DNA of 64,000 nt from NCBI GenBank assembly GCA_963827755.1, contig CAWHCQ010000044.1, forward strand, positions 35,087 to 99,086, in the 5' to 3' direction. Source of the stretch: an uncultured Gammaproteobacteria bacterium. Lineage in GTDB: Bacteria; Pseudomonadota; Gammaproteobacteria; UBA9214. A model generated the notes under the pieces. The model was given only the letters and a program-made list of their open reading frames with translations, made no database searches and was not told the DNA's origin. Each line of letters starts with the position of its first letter. Position 1 is the stretch's first letter. Position numbers and translations under genes: made by a program. Below, piece after piece: positions 1-10,882 of the stretch.

Positions 1-516
<516 letters not shown>

Positions 517-529
517 TCAGGAGAGCATT

Positions 530-1057
530 ATGAGTGACGAGATCCCTGCACGGGAAAAATGGCTGAATGCCTATAACGACATGATGGTCAGGGTCAGGAC
601 AGCCATCGAGGAGGCTGAGGAGCACACCGCCCCGGTTTTAAAACGGTTTATCCACAATGCCCGGGATCTGGCGGTCGACCTGGAAGAGCTTACCCGGGAA
701 GAGGCCGAGAAGATCGCCATGTACCTGCATCGCGACATCGAGGATGCGGGAAAATATCTGGCGGAAACCGGGCAGGAACTGGGCGACTGGCTGCGTTTTG
801 ATATCCACCAGATTGAAGACCGGTTGACCGAGACGCTGGAACGCGTCACCGACCATACCCGCCAGGAAATGCTGGAGTTCGAGCATGAAGTCGAAGAAGG
901 TCCCGCGTGGAACACCGGCGAGATAACAGGGCCCGGTACACTGGTTTGCGCCAGTTGTGATGCAATTATTCGCTTCCACGAAACCGCGCAGATACCGAAC
1001 TGTCCGAATTGCGAACACACGGTATTTCACCGCAAGACCGTTAAAGACGAACTGTAA
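530..1057 (+). CDS. Zinc ribbon-containing protein (DUF1451-like)
   Basis: Acidic helical N-terminus, C-terminal TGEITGPGTLVCASC...IPNCPNCEHTVFHR; divergent from leuS as in many gammaproteobacteria; GGAG SD before ATG 530. Confidence 0.85.
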   Translation: MSDEIPAREKWLNAYNDMMVRVRTAIEEAEEHTAPVLKRFIHNARDLAVDLEELTREEAEKIAMYLHRDIEDAGKYLAETGQELGDWLRFDIHQIEDRLTETLERVTDHTRQEMLEFEHEVEEGPAWNTGEITGPGTLVCASCDAIIRFHETAQIPNCPNCEHTVFHRKTVKDEL

Positions 1058-1075
1058 ACCCGGAAGAATAAAACC

Positions 1076-1520
1076 ATGCCACAACGCTGCCTGCTACCCG
1101 TGAATCCGCAAGACAGTTATAACCAGGCCGACTGTCTTTCAAAGGGCTGCAGACAGGACCGGAAGTAACAACCGGAACTGCCAGCGCGGCGAATATGTTT
1201 TCGTCGAATACAATGCAGTCGATCGTCAGCGCCTCGCATCAAGGGCATGATGCGCTACAGCATGTTTGTACCGCACATACGATTACTGTTTATTCCTGCC
1301 TGAATATCGATATTTCCCGCAGAAAGGACAGCTGTTTCCGCTCACGAAATGTGTACCCTGGGCGGCCTATATCCAGCATGGTGACGGCAGCTCCCGCACC
1401 CTCGAACAGACTGAATTGTCGAGCTTGATGCATCAAAGCACCGAGAACCCTGACCAGATCGACCTGGAGGTTGCCATCGGGCAGATGGTCGATGCAGACG
1501 AAATCAGGATCACCGTCTGA
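1076..1520 (+). pseudogene. Hypothetical protein broken by several frameshifts (C-terminal part intact at 1266-1520)
   Basis: ATG at 1076; a protein-like C-terminus (...HQSTENPDQIDLEVAIGQM...) in ORF 1266-1520; upstream frames can be joined by removing single bases. Reconstruction is tentative. Confidence 0.4.
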
Positions 1521-1562
1521 GCCAGGGAGATCTGCCCCCGGTTGCGGCATACGGCACACCGG

Positions 1563-4082
1563 TCAGGCTGATTGCCTGGATATCAGCTTGATGAAGTCTT
1601 CGAATTTATCGGCTGGCAACGGCCGCGAGATGTAATAGCCCTGCACAGCATCACAGCGCATCTGTCTCAGTACCTGCATTTGCTCCGCTTCCTCCACGCC
1701 CTCTGCAACCACTGACATGCCGAGGCTGTGTGACATGCTGATAATAGCGGCAACAATGGTCGCACCCTTGGTTTCCGTCTTCAGGTTACGGATAAAGCTC
1801 TGGTCAATCTTCAGCCTGTTAAAGGGAAGTTTCATCAGGTAGCTGAGTGAAGAATACCCGGTTCCGAAATCGTCCAGCGCAAGCTTCAGCCCCATGCTCT
1901 TGAAGTTGTCGAGGGTTTCGATTGCCTGGTTCAGGTTCTGCAGGATGCTTGTTTCCGTGAGTTCAAGCTCCAGACTCCCGGAATTCATTCCTGTTGCCTT
2001 CAGGGCGCTTGCAATAATGGATACCAGATTCTCGTCATTGAAATGAACCGCGGAAATATTGATTGACATGGTGATGGGCAGGTCGTACACAGTGATCCAT
2101 TCCTGCGCCTGGCGACAGGCCTCGTGAATAACCCACTCGCTGATTTTTACAATCAGGCCAAATTCCTCGGCAATCGGTATAAACACGTCCGGAGAAACCT
2201 GACCCAGTTCGGGGTCTTCCCAGCGCAACAGTGCCTCGACTGCAGAAATATCTCCAGTAGCGAGAGTTACCTGCGGCTGGTAGTGCAGCGCCAGTGCCTC
2301 GTTTTCAAGCGCGTGGCGCAACCGCCCTTCGATCTTCAGCTTTTCGGCCGATGCTTCATTCAATTTCCTGGAGTAATACTGAAAGTTGTTGCGCCCCAGT
2401 TTTTTGGCGTGATACATCGCAATATCCGCATTCTTCAACAGTTCACCGGCGGTTTCACCATCTTCCGGATACATGGCAATGCCAATGCTTGCGCTGACAT
2501 AGAGCTCCTGCATCGACACAATAAAGGGCTCCGAGAGGGACTTGAAGATACGCTTGGCGACTTTTTCCACCTCGCCGGGCCCGTTGGTATCGGGCAATAG
2601 AATTATAAACTCGTCACCCGCCAGGCGCGCGATCAACTTGGACGCATCTTCCGGGGTTGAATGGGCAATAACATCTTCCTCGCGCAGCTGACTTGAAAGC
2701 CTGTCGGCAAAGGATTCCAGCAGGGTATCGCCAGCCTGATGACCCAGGGTGTCATTGATGCGTTTGAAATTATCGAGATCGAGGAAGAGGATGGCCAGAC
2801 CCTGCATGTCACGCCGCGCACCGGCAGTCGCCCTCTTCAGGTAGTCCTTGAACATCAACCGGTTGGGAAGCCCGGTGAGGCTGTCATGGTAGGCCACGTA
2901 ACGCACCTGCTCATGTGAGTTATGCAGGCTCTTGCCCATTTCCCTGAACCTGGCGGCCAGTTCACCGAGTTCATCATCTGAATCTATCTCGATCGGTGTA
3001 AGTAATTTTCCATGGCCCATTTCGCTGACAGCAAGACTGAGTGCCCGTATGGGCTTGATAAGCAGTTTTCTGAAAACACCGAACAACAGGGTTGTAGCCA
3101 GCAGCATGGCGATGGATGTAACAAGGGCTACCGTCCAACCAAGGTTGATACTCTTCGCCAGCAGCTCTTCTTCCTGGTAAACAACAAAGGCATATAACCA
3201 GTCATGCAGCTTTACGGACTGGAAGTGGGCGGCTTTACCCATGTACAGTCCGTCTATCAGGGTGCTGCCATCAGCATATTGTTTTGACTGACTGAACAGT
3301 TCGCCGGATAATTTTTGCCCGACCTGGTCTGCAGAACGATGAAACAGGATAGCACCCTTGTCATCTGTGAAAAAAACCTCACCACTCTCGCCCGGCTTCT
3401 CCCTGCTGGCCTGTGCTTTCAGGAAATCAAGATCGACGGTTAACATCAAATAACCGTAGAGATCTTTTTGCCTGCCCGGCTCGTTTTTACCAAACAGGTA
3501 GAGTGGCTTGCTGGTCAGCAATGCCGGTTCACCATTATCCGGGTTGCGGAAGAATGTGGTGTAGGTGACACCCGGGTTGTCCCCCGCCTCGATAAAATAA
3601 CTGCTCGATGACTCGTTTGTTGCCTGGTTGGCAACGTTGCCGAGTACCGTGCGTATCTGTTCCTCGCCGTCACTGGAGATGATACGGATTTCATAATATT
3701 CGGGATATGCCAGCTGGTAATTGTAGAGCAGTTCCATAACCTGTTGTTCCAGACCTGACTTGTCTTCGAAATATCTGTCTTCCTCTATGAACTGCTTGAT
3801 CAGCGTGGTGTTGGCAAACAGGCTGGCGTTGGCGCGGGCGGTACGTAATTGCGATTCGGTTTGCGACTCGATCTGCTCCAGCAGGGTAGACATCTGGTAA
3901 TGAGTCCGATTGCGGGCATCTTCCATGAGCAGGCTGTAGGCCATCCAGCCCAGGACCAGGATGGGCAGCACAATCAGCGGTATCAGCAGTAACAGTATTT
4001 TAGATTGCAGTTGCAAAGCAGGTCCCTGGAAAATGCATTTCCCATGCTCAGGCCGGTGTAGCCAAAAATATGACGTCATCAA
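1563..4082 (-). CDS. Membrane-bound Cache/HAMP-GGDEF-EAL c-di-GMP signalling protein
   Basis: Two TM helices flank a periplasmic Cache-like domain; HAMP (DELGELA); YHDSLTGLPNR, AGDEF variant; VEALLRW and DDFGTGYSS. True start may be TTG near 4016. Confidence 0.93.
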   Translation of the reverse strand: MMTSYFWLHRPEHGKCIFQGPALQLQSKILLLLIPLIVLPILVLGWMAYSLLMEDARNRTHYQMSTLLEQIESQTESQLRTARANASLFANTTLIKQFIEEDRYFEDKSGLEQQVMELLYNYQLAYPEYYEIRIISSDGEEQIRTVLGNVANQATNESSSSYFIEAGDNPGVTYTTFFRNPDNGEPALLTSKPLYLFGKNEPGRQKDLYGYLMLTVDLDFLKAQASREKPGESGEVFFTDDKGAILFHRSADQVGQKLSGELFSQSKQYADGSTLIDGLYMGKAAHFQSVKLHDWLYAFVVYQEEELLAKSINLGWTVALVTSIAMLLATTLLFGVFRKLLIKPIRALSLAVSEMGHGKLLTPIEIDSDDELGELAARFREMGKSLHNSHEQVRYVAYHDSLTGLPNRLMFKDYLKRATAGARRDMQGLAILFLDLDNFKRINDTLGHQAGDTLLESFADRLSSQLREEDVIAHSTPEDASKLIARLAGDEFIILLPDTNGPGEVEKVAKRIFKSLSEPFIVSMQELYVSASIGIAMYPEDGETAGELLKNADIAMYHAKKLGRNNFQYYSRKLNEASAEKLKIEGRLRHALENEALALHYQPQVTLATGDISAVEALLRWEDPELGQVSPDVFIPIAEEFGLIVKISEWVIHEACRQAQEWITVYDLPITMSINISAVHFNDENLVSIIASALKATGMNSGSLELELTETSILQNLNQAIETLDNFKSMGLKLALDDFGTGYSSLSYLMKLPFNRLKIDQSFIRNLKTETKGATIVAAIISMSHSLGMSVVAEGVEEAEQMQVLRQMRCDAVQGYYISRPLPADKFEDFIKLISRQSA

Positions 4083-4280
4083 GGATTACGGCAAAAACAA
4101 CAGAAACTTAAACCACGTCGGGGGTTCAGGGGCAGCCCGGCAGCCCGGGCAGTCGTTATGCGGATTTTCGCCGGAAATCGGCACGAAATGGCCCCAAAAG
4201 CGGGCACAGAAGGTATTTTCAGTCAGGCGGGTGAACCCGTATGACCCGTCATATCAGGCAGTCAGGCCGCGGCCCCGATA

Positions 4281-5768
4281 TCAGCCACGCGGACGGCGTA
4301 CCAGCCATGCCAGCAACAGGAGAATACTGCAGAGTCCGATAACCGGCACATTCCCGAATCTCACGTAGGGTGTTGCACCCTGGCGCGGGGCGATAGTACC
4401 GGTCACAACGGCTGTTTCGAACTGGGCACTGCGCGCCAGTATCGCCCCGTCGTAGTCAATAATTGCAGAAATGCCGGTGTTGGTCGCACGCAGCATCGGG
4501 CGGCCGGTTTCCATCGAGCGCATGCGGGCCATTTCAAGGTGCTGGTGCGGCGCCAGTGAGTCGCCAAACCAGGCATCGTTACTCACATTGACCAGCAGCG
4601 CCGCCTGCGGCAGTTGCGCCGCGACCTCTTCACTGAATGCGACTTCAAAACAGATGGAAGTGCCCACCGCGTAACCGGCAACTTCTATCAGTTGCTGCGC
4701 ATCATCGCCCCGGGAAAAATCTGCATTGGGTACAGCGAGTGCATCCAGGGTTGTGCCGATGATCCCGCGCAGCGGCAGGTACTCCCCGAATGGTACCAGG
4801 TGACGCTTGTAATAAAACATGCGTTTGGCTCCAACCGAGACCACCGTGTTGTAATATTTCCATTCAGTCTTGTCGAGCAACGGGATACCCGTCAACATGG
4901 ACATATCACGTTCCTGCAACCTCGATTCGAGATAGGGAATAAAACTGTCTGTAACCTGGTGATAAAAAGCCGGGATCGCCGTCTCGGGCCAGATGACAAG
5001 GTCAATATCCTGCCTGGAAAAGCTCAGCTCCGTATAGCGTGCCAGTGTTTTCTCGACATTCTCCGGCAACCATTTTTCTTCCTGGGATATATTGCCCTGC
5101 ACCAGCGCCACCCGCAGGTTCTCTTCCACGGGCGAGGTCCATTCCAGCCGGTCAACAAACCAGGCACCCGCCCAGATAACGATGAGGAAAAGAAGGCTCG
5201 CCAGGCGTTGCCGCCCGCGTATGACTGCCACCAGGAACGCCGCGCTCAGCGCCAGCGCCAGCCCGACACCGTAGACACCCGCAACCGGGGCATAGGCTGC
5301 CAACAGGCTGTCAACCTGGCTGCTGCCTATATTCAGCCAGGGAAAACCCGTAAATAACCAGCCGCGCAGCCACTCGGCAACAATCCAGCCTGCGGCAAAA
5401 ACCGGCAACGGCAATAATCCGCCCGCTGCGGCGCGGACACGACCGAGTAAATAACCGAGCAAGGCGGGATACAGTGAAAGGACGCTGACGAACACCACGG
5501 TCACCAGGATGGAAGCGGCCACCGGAACGTGACCATAGGTATACACGCTGACGAATACCCACGAGACACCGGTACCGAAGAAGCCGAGCCCGAACAGGCC
5601 ACCATGCAGCATGGCCCGGCGTGGACTGTCCTTCAGCCATTGACTGAAAAGAACGGCCAGCGACAGGATTGCAACGGGATACCAGCCATAGGGCGCAAAT
5701 GCCGTGACCGCCAGCGCACCTGCAAGCAGCACGGCCAGCCCGTTGATGCGGGCGTCAATACCGGTCAC
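4281..5768 (-). CDS. lnt: Apolipoprotein N-acyltransferase
   Basis: TM N-terminus with FTGFPW; nitrilase motifs WPETA, KRHLVPFGEY, ICFE, NDAWFG, RATNTG. Confidence 0.97.
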   Translation of the reverse strand: MTGIDARINGLAVLLAGALAVTAFAPYGWYPVAILSLAVLFSQWLKDSPRRAMLHGGLFGLGFFGTGVSWVFVSVYTYGHVPVAASILVTVVFVSVLSLYPALLGYLLGRVRAAAGGLLPLPVFAAGWIVAEWLRGWLFTGFPWLNIGSSQVDSLLAAYAPVAGVYGVGLALALSAAFLVAVIRGRQRLASLLFLIVIWAGAWFVDRLEWTSPVEENLRVALVQGNISQEEKWLPENVEKTLARYTELSFSRQDIDLVIWPETAIPAFYHQVTDSFIPYLESRLQERDMSMLTGIPLLDKTEWKYYNTVVSVGAKRMFYYKRHLVPFGEYLPLRGIIGTTLDALAVPNADFSRGDDAQQLIEVAGYAVGTSICFEVAFSEEVAAQLPQAALLVNVSNDAWFGDSLAPHQHLEMARMRSMETGRPMLRATNTGISAIIDYDGAILARSAQFETAVVTGTIAPRQGATPYVRFGNVPVIGLCSILLLLAWLVRRPRG

Positions 5769-6649
5769 GGTTCATTCTGGAGCGATTTGGCTGCAACCTC
5801 GTCCGATCGCGGCAACAACGTCAGTTGCAACATATGAACCCGGCGACTGTCAGCACGCAATATCTTGAACAACAGCTTGCCAATGACAATACGCTCACCA
5901 CGCCTGGGCAAACGCCCGATCCGGCTCACAACGAGCCCGCCGATCGTATCGCATTCATCATCCGGTAATTCGGTTTTGAAATAGCTGTTGAAATCCTCGA
6001 TCGGCGTCAGCGCCTTGATCGTATAGTGGTAATCGCTATGCCTGCGAATGGTGTCCTCTTCCTCGACATCGTGCTCATCCTCGATTTCCCCGACGATTTG
6101 CTCAAGTACGTCCTCGATCGTGACCATACCCGCAAGGCCACCGTACTCGTCGACGACGATGGCCATGTGAATACGACTTGAGCGAAACTCCTTTAACAGC
6201 ACATTAAGGCGCTTGCTTTCGGGGACGAATATCGCCGGGCGCAGAATCTCCCTGACGTTGAAGCGGCTGTCCGTACGTTCGAAGGAATAAAACAGCAAAT
6301 CTTTCGCCAGCAGTATACCGACAACCTCATCCCCGTCTTCGCCGGTCACCGGGAAGCGCGAATGGCCGGACTCAACCACCGTGCGCAACAGTATTTCAGG
6401 GCTCGCATCACGTTCCAGCACAACCACGCGGGAACGCGGGATCATGACATCACGCACCTGCATATCATCCACATGCAGGACGCCCTCGAGCATGGCAAGC
6501 ACGTCGGCATCGAACAGGTTCTTCTGGTGGGCGCCACGCAGCAACTCGACCAGTTGCTCGTTGTTGGCCGGTTCCCGCAAAAACAAGCGCTTCAACCCGG
6601 CGAGCCGGGCGTGCCTGGCGGGACCGTTCGCAGGTCGGTCTCTATCCAT
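5765..6649 (-). CDS. corC: CorC/HlyC family CBS-domain Mg/Co efflux protein (YbeX)
   Basis: [41 protein letters not shown]; conserved position between ybeY and lnt. Confidence 0.95.
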   Translation of the reverse strand: MDRDRPANGPARHARLAGLKRLFLREPANNEQLVELLRGAHQKNLFDADVLAMLEGVLHVDDMQVRDVMIPRSRVVVLERDASPEILLRTVVESGHSRFPVTGEDGDEVVGILLAKDLLFYSFERTDSRFNVREILRPAIFVPESKRLNVLLKEFRSSRIHMAIVVDEYGGLAGMVTIEDVLEQIVGEIEDEHDVEEEDTIRRHSDYHYTIKALTPIEDFNSYFKTELPDDECDTIGGLVVSRIGRLPRRGERIVIGKLLFKILRADSRRVHMLQLTLLPRSDEVAAKSLQNEP

Positions 6650-6774
6650 TAATTATCAGTTGCTTGCAGTATCTTTCTGAAAAGATGATCACGCTTGTCT
6701 CTGCGCCCATCCTGGCCACCCCGCCGTGTAAATTCGCCGGATGCGATATGTCCCGCGCCCGGGGTGGATCGCCA

Positions 6775-7239
6775 TCAATAGGGATTGAGAAAACCCAGGC
6801 TGGCCAGTTGCCACTTCTCCAGTTGCTCCATCTCCCGGGCCTCGCTGTCGTTGCCATGGTCATAACCGAGCAGGTGCAACACACCGTGTATCACCATATG
6901 CGCCCAGTGCGCCTCCGGCGTCTTGCCCTGTGCAACCGCTTCCCTGGCAACAACCGGCGCACAAATTACAACATCACCCAGCAAGCCGGACTCGACCCCC
7001 GGCATCGGTTCATAGGGAAACGACAGCACATTGGTTGCGCCATCCTTGCCACGGTAGCGTTGATTGAGCACGGTGATCTCGGCTTCATCGACGATACGCA
7101 CAACCAGCTCTGTCGGTTTCTGCCTGTCCTGTAAAGCAAGCGCGGCCCATTTTCTGATGTCCTGCTCGCCTGGCAGGCCTTCTGCTGATATGGCATATTG
7201 AACAGTGACGCTTGTATTCTGCTTGTTCATATTATTCAA
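6775..7239 (-). CDS. ybeY: rRNA maturation endoribonuclease YbeY
   Basis: LNQRYRGKDGATNVLSF and HGVLHLLGYDH metal-binding motif. Confidence 0.97.
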   Translation of the reverse strand: MNNMNKQNTSVTVQYAISAEGLPGEQDIRKWAALALQDRQKPTELVVRIVDEAEITVLNQRYRGKDGATNVLSFPYEPMPGVESGLLGDVVICAPVVAREAVAQGKTPEAHWAHMVIHGVLHLLGYDHGNDSEAREMEQLEKWQLASLGFLNPY

Positions 7240-7285
7240 TCATCCCGCCGGGGCCCGTAAATACACACCCTGTTCACCTGCACTC

Positions 7286-8269
7286 TCAATTGCCATCGGT
7301 ATTTGTCCGGTCATAGGCATCGTAGGCATCGATAATCTGCTGCACCAGCGGGTGCCTGACCACATCCCTCGATGTAAAGAACGTGAAACTGATATCCTGC
7401 TGCGACCTCAGAACATCGGTCACCTGGCGCAACCCGGACTGGACATGCCTGGGTAAATCAATCTGGGTGATATCGCCAGTGACAACCGCAGTCGAACCGA
7501 AGCCGATACGTGTCAGGAACATTTTCATTTGTTCAACCGTCGTGTTCTGCGCCTCATCGAGAATAATAAAGGCATCGTTGAGACTGCGACCGCGCATGAA
7601 CGCAAGCGGCGCAACCTCGATGATATTCCGTTCAATAAGCCTGGCAACCCGCTCTATACCGAGCATTTCATAAAGCGCGTCATACAGGGGGCGCAGGTAG
7701 GGATCGACTTTTTGAGTCATGTCGCCCGGCAGAAACCCGAGGCGTTCACCGGCCTCCACGGCCGGCCGCACCAGTACCAGCCTGCTGACCCGCTCCTGCT
7801 CCAGGGCGTGCACGGCACAGGCCACCGCGAGATAGGTCTTTCCGGTACCCGCCGGCCCTATACCGAAATTCAGGTCATGGTTGGTTATATTGAGAAGATA
7901 GTGCTGCTGGTTATCGCCACGCGGCATAATCGTGCCGCCCGGTGTTTTAATCAGCACGGTCGCCGCGTCACGCGCCCGGGATACAGGCTCCTGACTCGAG
8001 TCAACCTCGCTTAGAGAGAGATGGATATTCTCGGGCGTAAGCCCACCTTTTTCTGTTTCGCGATAGAGGTCTTCCAGGACGCTTGCAGCCGACTGTACAT
8101 TGTCCGCATTTCCGATAATGCGGAACTGGTTGCCGCGGTTGTTGATTTCCACCCCGAGACGCTGTTCCAGTTGACGCAAATGACTGTCGAACTGGCCACA
8201 CAGTTCAGCCAGTCGATCATTGTCAGCGGGCAGCAGTGAAATATCGATAGAATGTATCTGCGCGTTCAA
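7286..8269 (-). CDS. phoH: PhoH-like ATPase (YbeZ)
   Basis: [35 protein letters not shown]. Confidence 0.96.
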   Translation of the reverse strand: MNAQIHSIDISLLPADNDRLAELCGQFDSHLRQLEQRLGVEINNRGNQFRIIGNADNVQSAASVLEDLYRETEKGGLTPENIHLSLSEVDSSQEPVSRARDAATVLIKTPGGTIMPRGDNQQHYLLNITNHDLNFGIGPAGTGKTYLAVACAVHALEQERVSRLVLVRPAVEAGERLGFLPGDMTQKVDPYLRPLYDALYEMLGIERVARLIERNIIEVAPLAFMRGRSLNDAFIILDEAQNTTVEQMKMFLTRIGFGSTAVVTGDITQIDLPRHVQSGLRQVTDVLRSQQDISFTFFTSRDVVRHPLVQQIIDAYDAYDRTNTDGN

Positions 8270-9645
8270 GATGCACTCATGAAAACAGCATCAGGTTTCG
8301 CCCGGTTTTCCACCGGCTCGACCGAAACAAGTTCAGCGCGCAACGAGTTTGGAAGTGCCTCGGTTATGCGCACATCGACGAAGCGGCCAATCAGCGAGTG
8401 TGCACCGTCGAAATTAACCACCCGGTTGTTTTCAGTCCGGCCACTGACCTGGTGATCGCTTTTGCGGGACACTTTCTCAACGAGAATACGTTCGACATTA
8501 CCGACCATGGAGTTGCTGATCGCAGCCGCCATGCCGTTAATGCGTTTTTGCAACCGCGCCAGTCGCGCCTTCTTCTCGATGACAGGCACGTCATCCGGCA
8601 TATCGGACGCGGGCGTACCCGGTCGCTGGCTGTAGATAAAACTGAAGGACTGGTCAAAGCCGACTTCCTCGATCAGCTCCATGGTCTGTTCAAACTCCTC
8701 CGCCCCTTCACCGGGAAAGCCGATAATAAAATCGGAAGACAGGCTGATACCGGGTCGTGCCTCACGCAGCCTGCGTATGGTTGATTTATACTCAAGCGCT
8801 GTATGGTTGCGTTTCATACTTGCAAGAATACGGTCTGAACCACTTTGCACCGGCAGATGCAGGTGCCCTGCCAGTTCAGGGACTTCCGCATACACCTCGA
8901 TCAGGCTGTCACTCATTTCCAGCGGGTGCGAGGTGGTGTAGCGAATCCGGTCGATTCCGTCAATGGCCGCAATATAGGTAATCAGCAACGCCAGGTCGGC
9001 AATCTCGCCATCATGCTGCTCACCCCGGTAGGCATTCACATTCTGCCCCAGCAGGGTAACTTCGCGAACACCCTGCCCGGCAAGCCCGGCAACCTCGGCC
9101 AGGATGTCATCGAATGGCCGGCTGACTTCCTCGCCACGCGTATAGGGGACAACGCAAAAGCTGCAATACTTGCTGCAGCCTTCCATGATGGAGACAAAGG
9201 CAGTTGGTCCCTTTACGCTGGGCGGCGGCATGCAGTCGAACTTTTCAATCTCGGGGAAGCTGATATCGATAACCGGCTGCCGGGCACGCCGGGCATCATC
9301 CAGCATCTGCGGCAGGCGATGCAGTGTCTGTGGACCGAACACGATATCGACATACGGGGCCCGGTCACGAATGGCATCGCCCTCCTGGCTGGCGACGCAG
9401 CCGCCGACACCGATCACCAGTTCCGGGCGCCTGTCTTTCAGCTCCTTCCAGCGGCCCAGTTCGGAGAACACCTTTTCCTGTGCCTTTTCACGGATCGAGC
9501 AGGTATTGAGCAGCAGCACATCGGCCTGCGCCGGGTCCGGCGTGACTTCAAGTTGATGGGAATCGACCAGCACGTCCGCCATCCTGGAGGAGTCGTACTC
9601 GTTCATCTGGCAGCCGTGGGTTTTGATATAAAGCTTGCGTGTCAT
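8266..9645 (-). CDS. miaB: tRNA-2-methylthio-N6-dimethylallyladenosine synthase
   Basis: [18 protein letters not shown], radical [12 protein letters not shown]-terminal TRAM domain. Confidence 0.98.
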   Translation of the reverse strand: MTRKLYIKTHGCQMNEYDSSRMADVLVDSHQLEVTPDPAQADVLLLNTCSIREKAQEKVFSELGRWKELKDRRPELVIGVGGCVASQEGDAIRDRAPYVDIVFGPQTLHRLPQMLDDARRARQPVIDISFPEIEKFDCMPPPSVKGPTAFVSIMEGCSKYCSFCVVPYTRGEEVSRPFDDILAEVAGLAGQGVREVTLLGQNVNAYRGEQHDGEIADLALLITYIAAIDGIDRIRYTTSHPLEMSDSLIEVYAEVPELAGHLHLPVQSGSDRILASMKRNHTALEYKSTIRRLREARPGISLSSDFIIGFPGEGAEEFEQTMELIEEVGFDQSFSFIYSQRPGTPASDMPDDVPVIEKKARLARLQKRINGMAAAISNSMVGNVERILVEKVSRKSDHQVSGRTENNRVVNFDGAHSLIGRFVDVRITEALPNSLRAELVSVEPVENRAKPDAVFMSAS

Positions 9646-9718
9646 CCTGGATTCAGAATCAGTGTATCAGTGGTCCTAATATACTTGGTTTGCCACCCGG
9701 GTTCTATCGAGTCCGCAT

Positions 9719-9747
9719 CCCCGGATTGCGCTGCGCGCAATCCGGGG
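9719..9747. repeat. REP-like palindrome / possible terminator between rnpB and miaB
   Basis: CCCCGGATTGCGC-TGC-GCGCAATCCGGGG, perfect 13-bp arms. Confidence 0.7.
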
Positions 9748-9776
9748 GCACAGGTTCATTAATCAGGAAAAGAAAA

Positions 9777-10117
9777 AGGAGTCGGCCGATAAGCCGGGTT
9801 CTGTCGTGGACAGCCATTCATCTGGACAATACGTCACCGTATGCCTCAAGCAACCTACCCGGGAACCATGCGGGCCGCATGAATGTTCCCCTATTTGGTC
9901 TTGCTCCGGGTGGGGTTTACCCTGCCACGCCTGTTACCAGCCGCGCGGTGCGCTCTTACCGCACCATTTCACCCTTACCGGCTCCGCGTACGAAGCAGGC
10001 GGTATATTTTCTGTGGCACTTTCCATAGGCTCGCGCCTCCCAGGCGTTACCTGGCACCCTGCCCTGTGGAGCCCGGACTTTCCTCCCCGCAAGCGGGGCG
10101 ACTGCCTGGCCGACTCC
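9777..10117 (-). ncRNA. rnpB: RNase P RNA, bacterial class A
   Basis: Reverse complement reads GGAGTCGGCCAGGCAGTCGC...GAGGAAAGTCCGGGCTCC...GGAAAGTGCCACAGAAA...ACAGAACCCGGCTTATCGGCCGACTCC, with paired P1 ends. Confidence 0.98.
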
Positions 10118-10172
10118 GGCTGTCATTATAAGGGATAGGTCAAACGAATGCGGGCTTGCAGGTGGAATGGGA

Positions 10173-10676
10173 CTACTCGCGATCTGAATAGGGCTGCCGG
10201 GAGCCGCGTATCAAGCGGCCCAGCAGACGATTAAGCCAGTTATTACGTCTCAGGCCAGCGACCAGTCCACGCTTTTCACGCAAGCCAATGTCGCTCTTCA
10301 ACTGCAGCAGGCCGGCATGCTCAGGGGCAACATACAGGCCACGGCGCAATGCCTGGTAGGCGCTTTCCCGCAAACCGAGCTTGTTTTCTGCCATTGCCAG
10401 GTTGTAATAGACCTCGGCATCGTTGGTCTCGCCGACAGCGGCCTTGCGGCATAATTTCACACCACTGTCGTCGCCCATGGTCAACCGGGCCAGCCCGTGA
10501 AACGAGGTATAGCGGTTCTGGTAGACATCATCGACCGCGGCGCTTTCATCCGCCTTTCGAAACAGCGTCAGCGCCGCTGCGTAATCATCGCTTTTGAAAC
10601 ACTCCAGACCATCGAGGAACTCATCGCGCAGCCGGGGCCGGCTGCCACTCGACCCAAGATCAAATTGACTCCCCAT
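10173..10676 (-). CDS. TPR-repeat hypothetical protein
   Basis: Helical TPR-like segments (AEVYYNLAMA...AYQALRRGLYVAPEH). Start placed at ATG 10676 because the longer ORF overlaps glgA. Confidence 0.75.
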   Translation of the reverse strand: MGSQFDLGSSGSRPRLRDEFLDGLECFKSDDYAAALTLFRKADESAAVDDVYQNRYTSFHGLARLTMGDDSGVKLCRKAAVGETNDAEVYYNLAMAENKLGLRESAYQALRRGLYVAPEHAGLLQLKSDIGLREKRGLVAGLRRNNWLNRLLGRLIRGSRQPYSDRE

Positions 10677-10882
10677 TTGCCACCCCTGTAGAAAACCTGA
10701 CTGCTTTTCCTGGCGCGGGACTGCTGCCCCTGCATTTATATCGTCACTATCCCCTACATCGCCAAGGGTAATCTGTTTTTTCAAAAACGCAAGCTTTCTT
10801 AAGAAGTTGACGCCGCCTGTATCTTGCATCACCCTTGCGATTGCCCGACGCCCTGCGTTGCCAGATTTCTGACACGAGTGTA

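Noticed and set aside
1248-1250. In-frame TGA before CATAC as a possible selenocysteine codon
   Set aside because: No redox-fold context or evident SECIS hairpin; multiple frameshifts explain the region better.
9639-10138. Short plus-strand ORFs over rnpB
   Set aside because: Antisense to the RNase P RNA; spurious.
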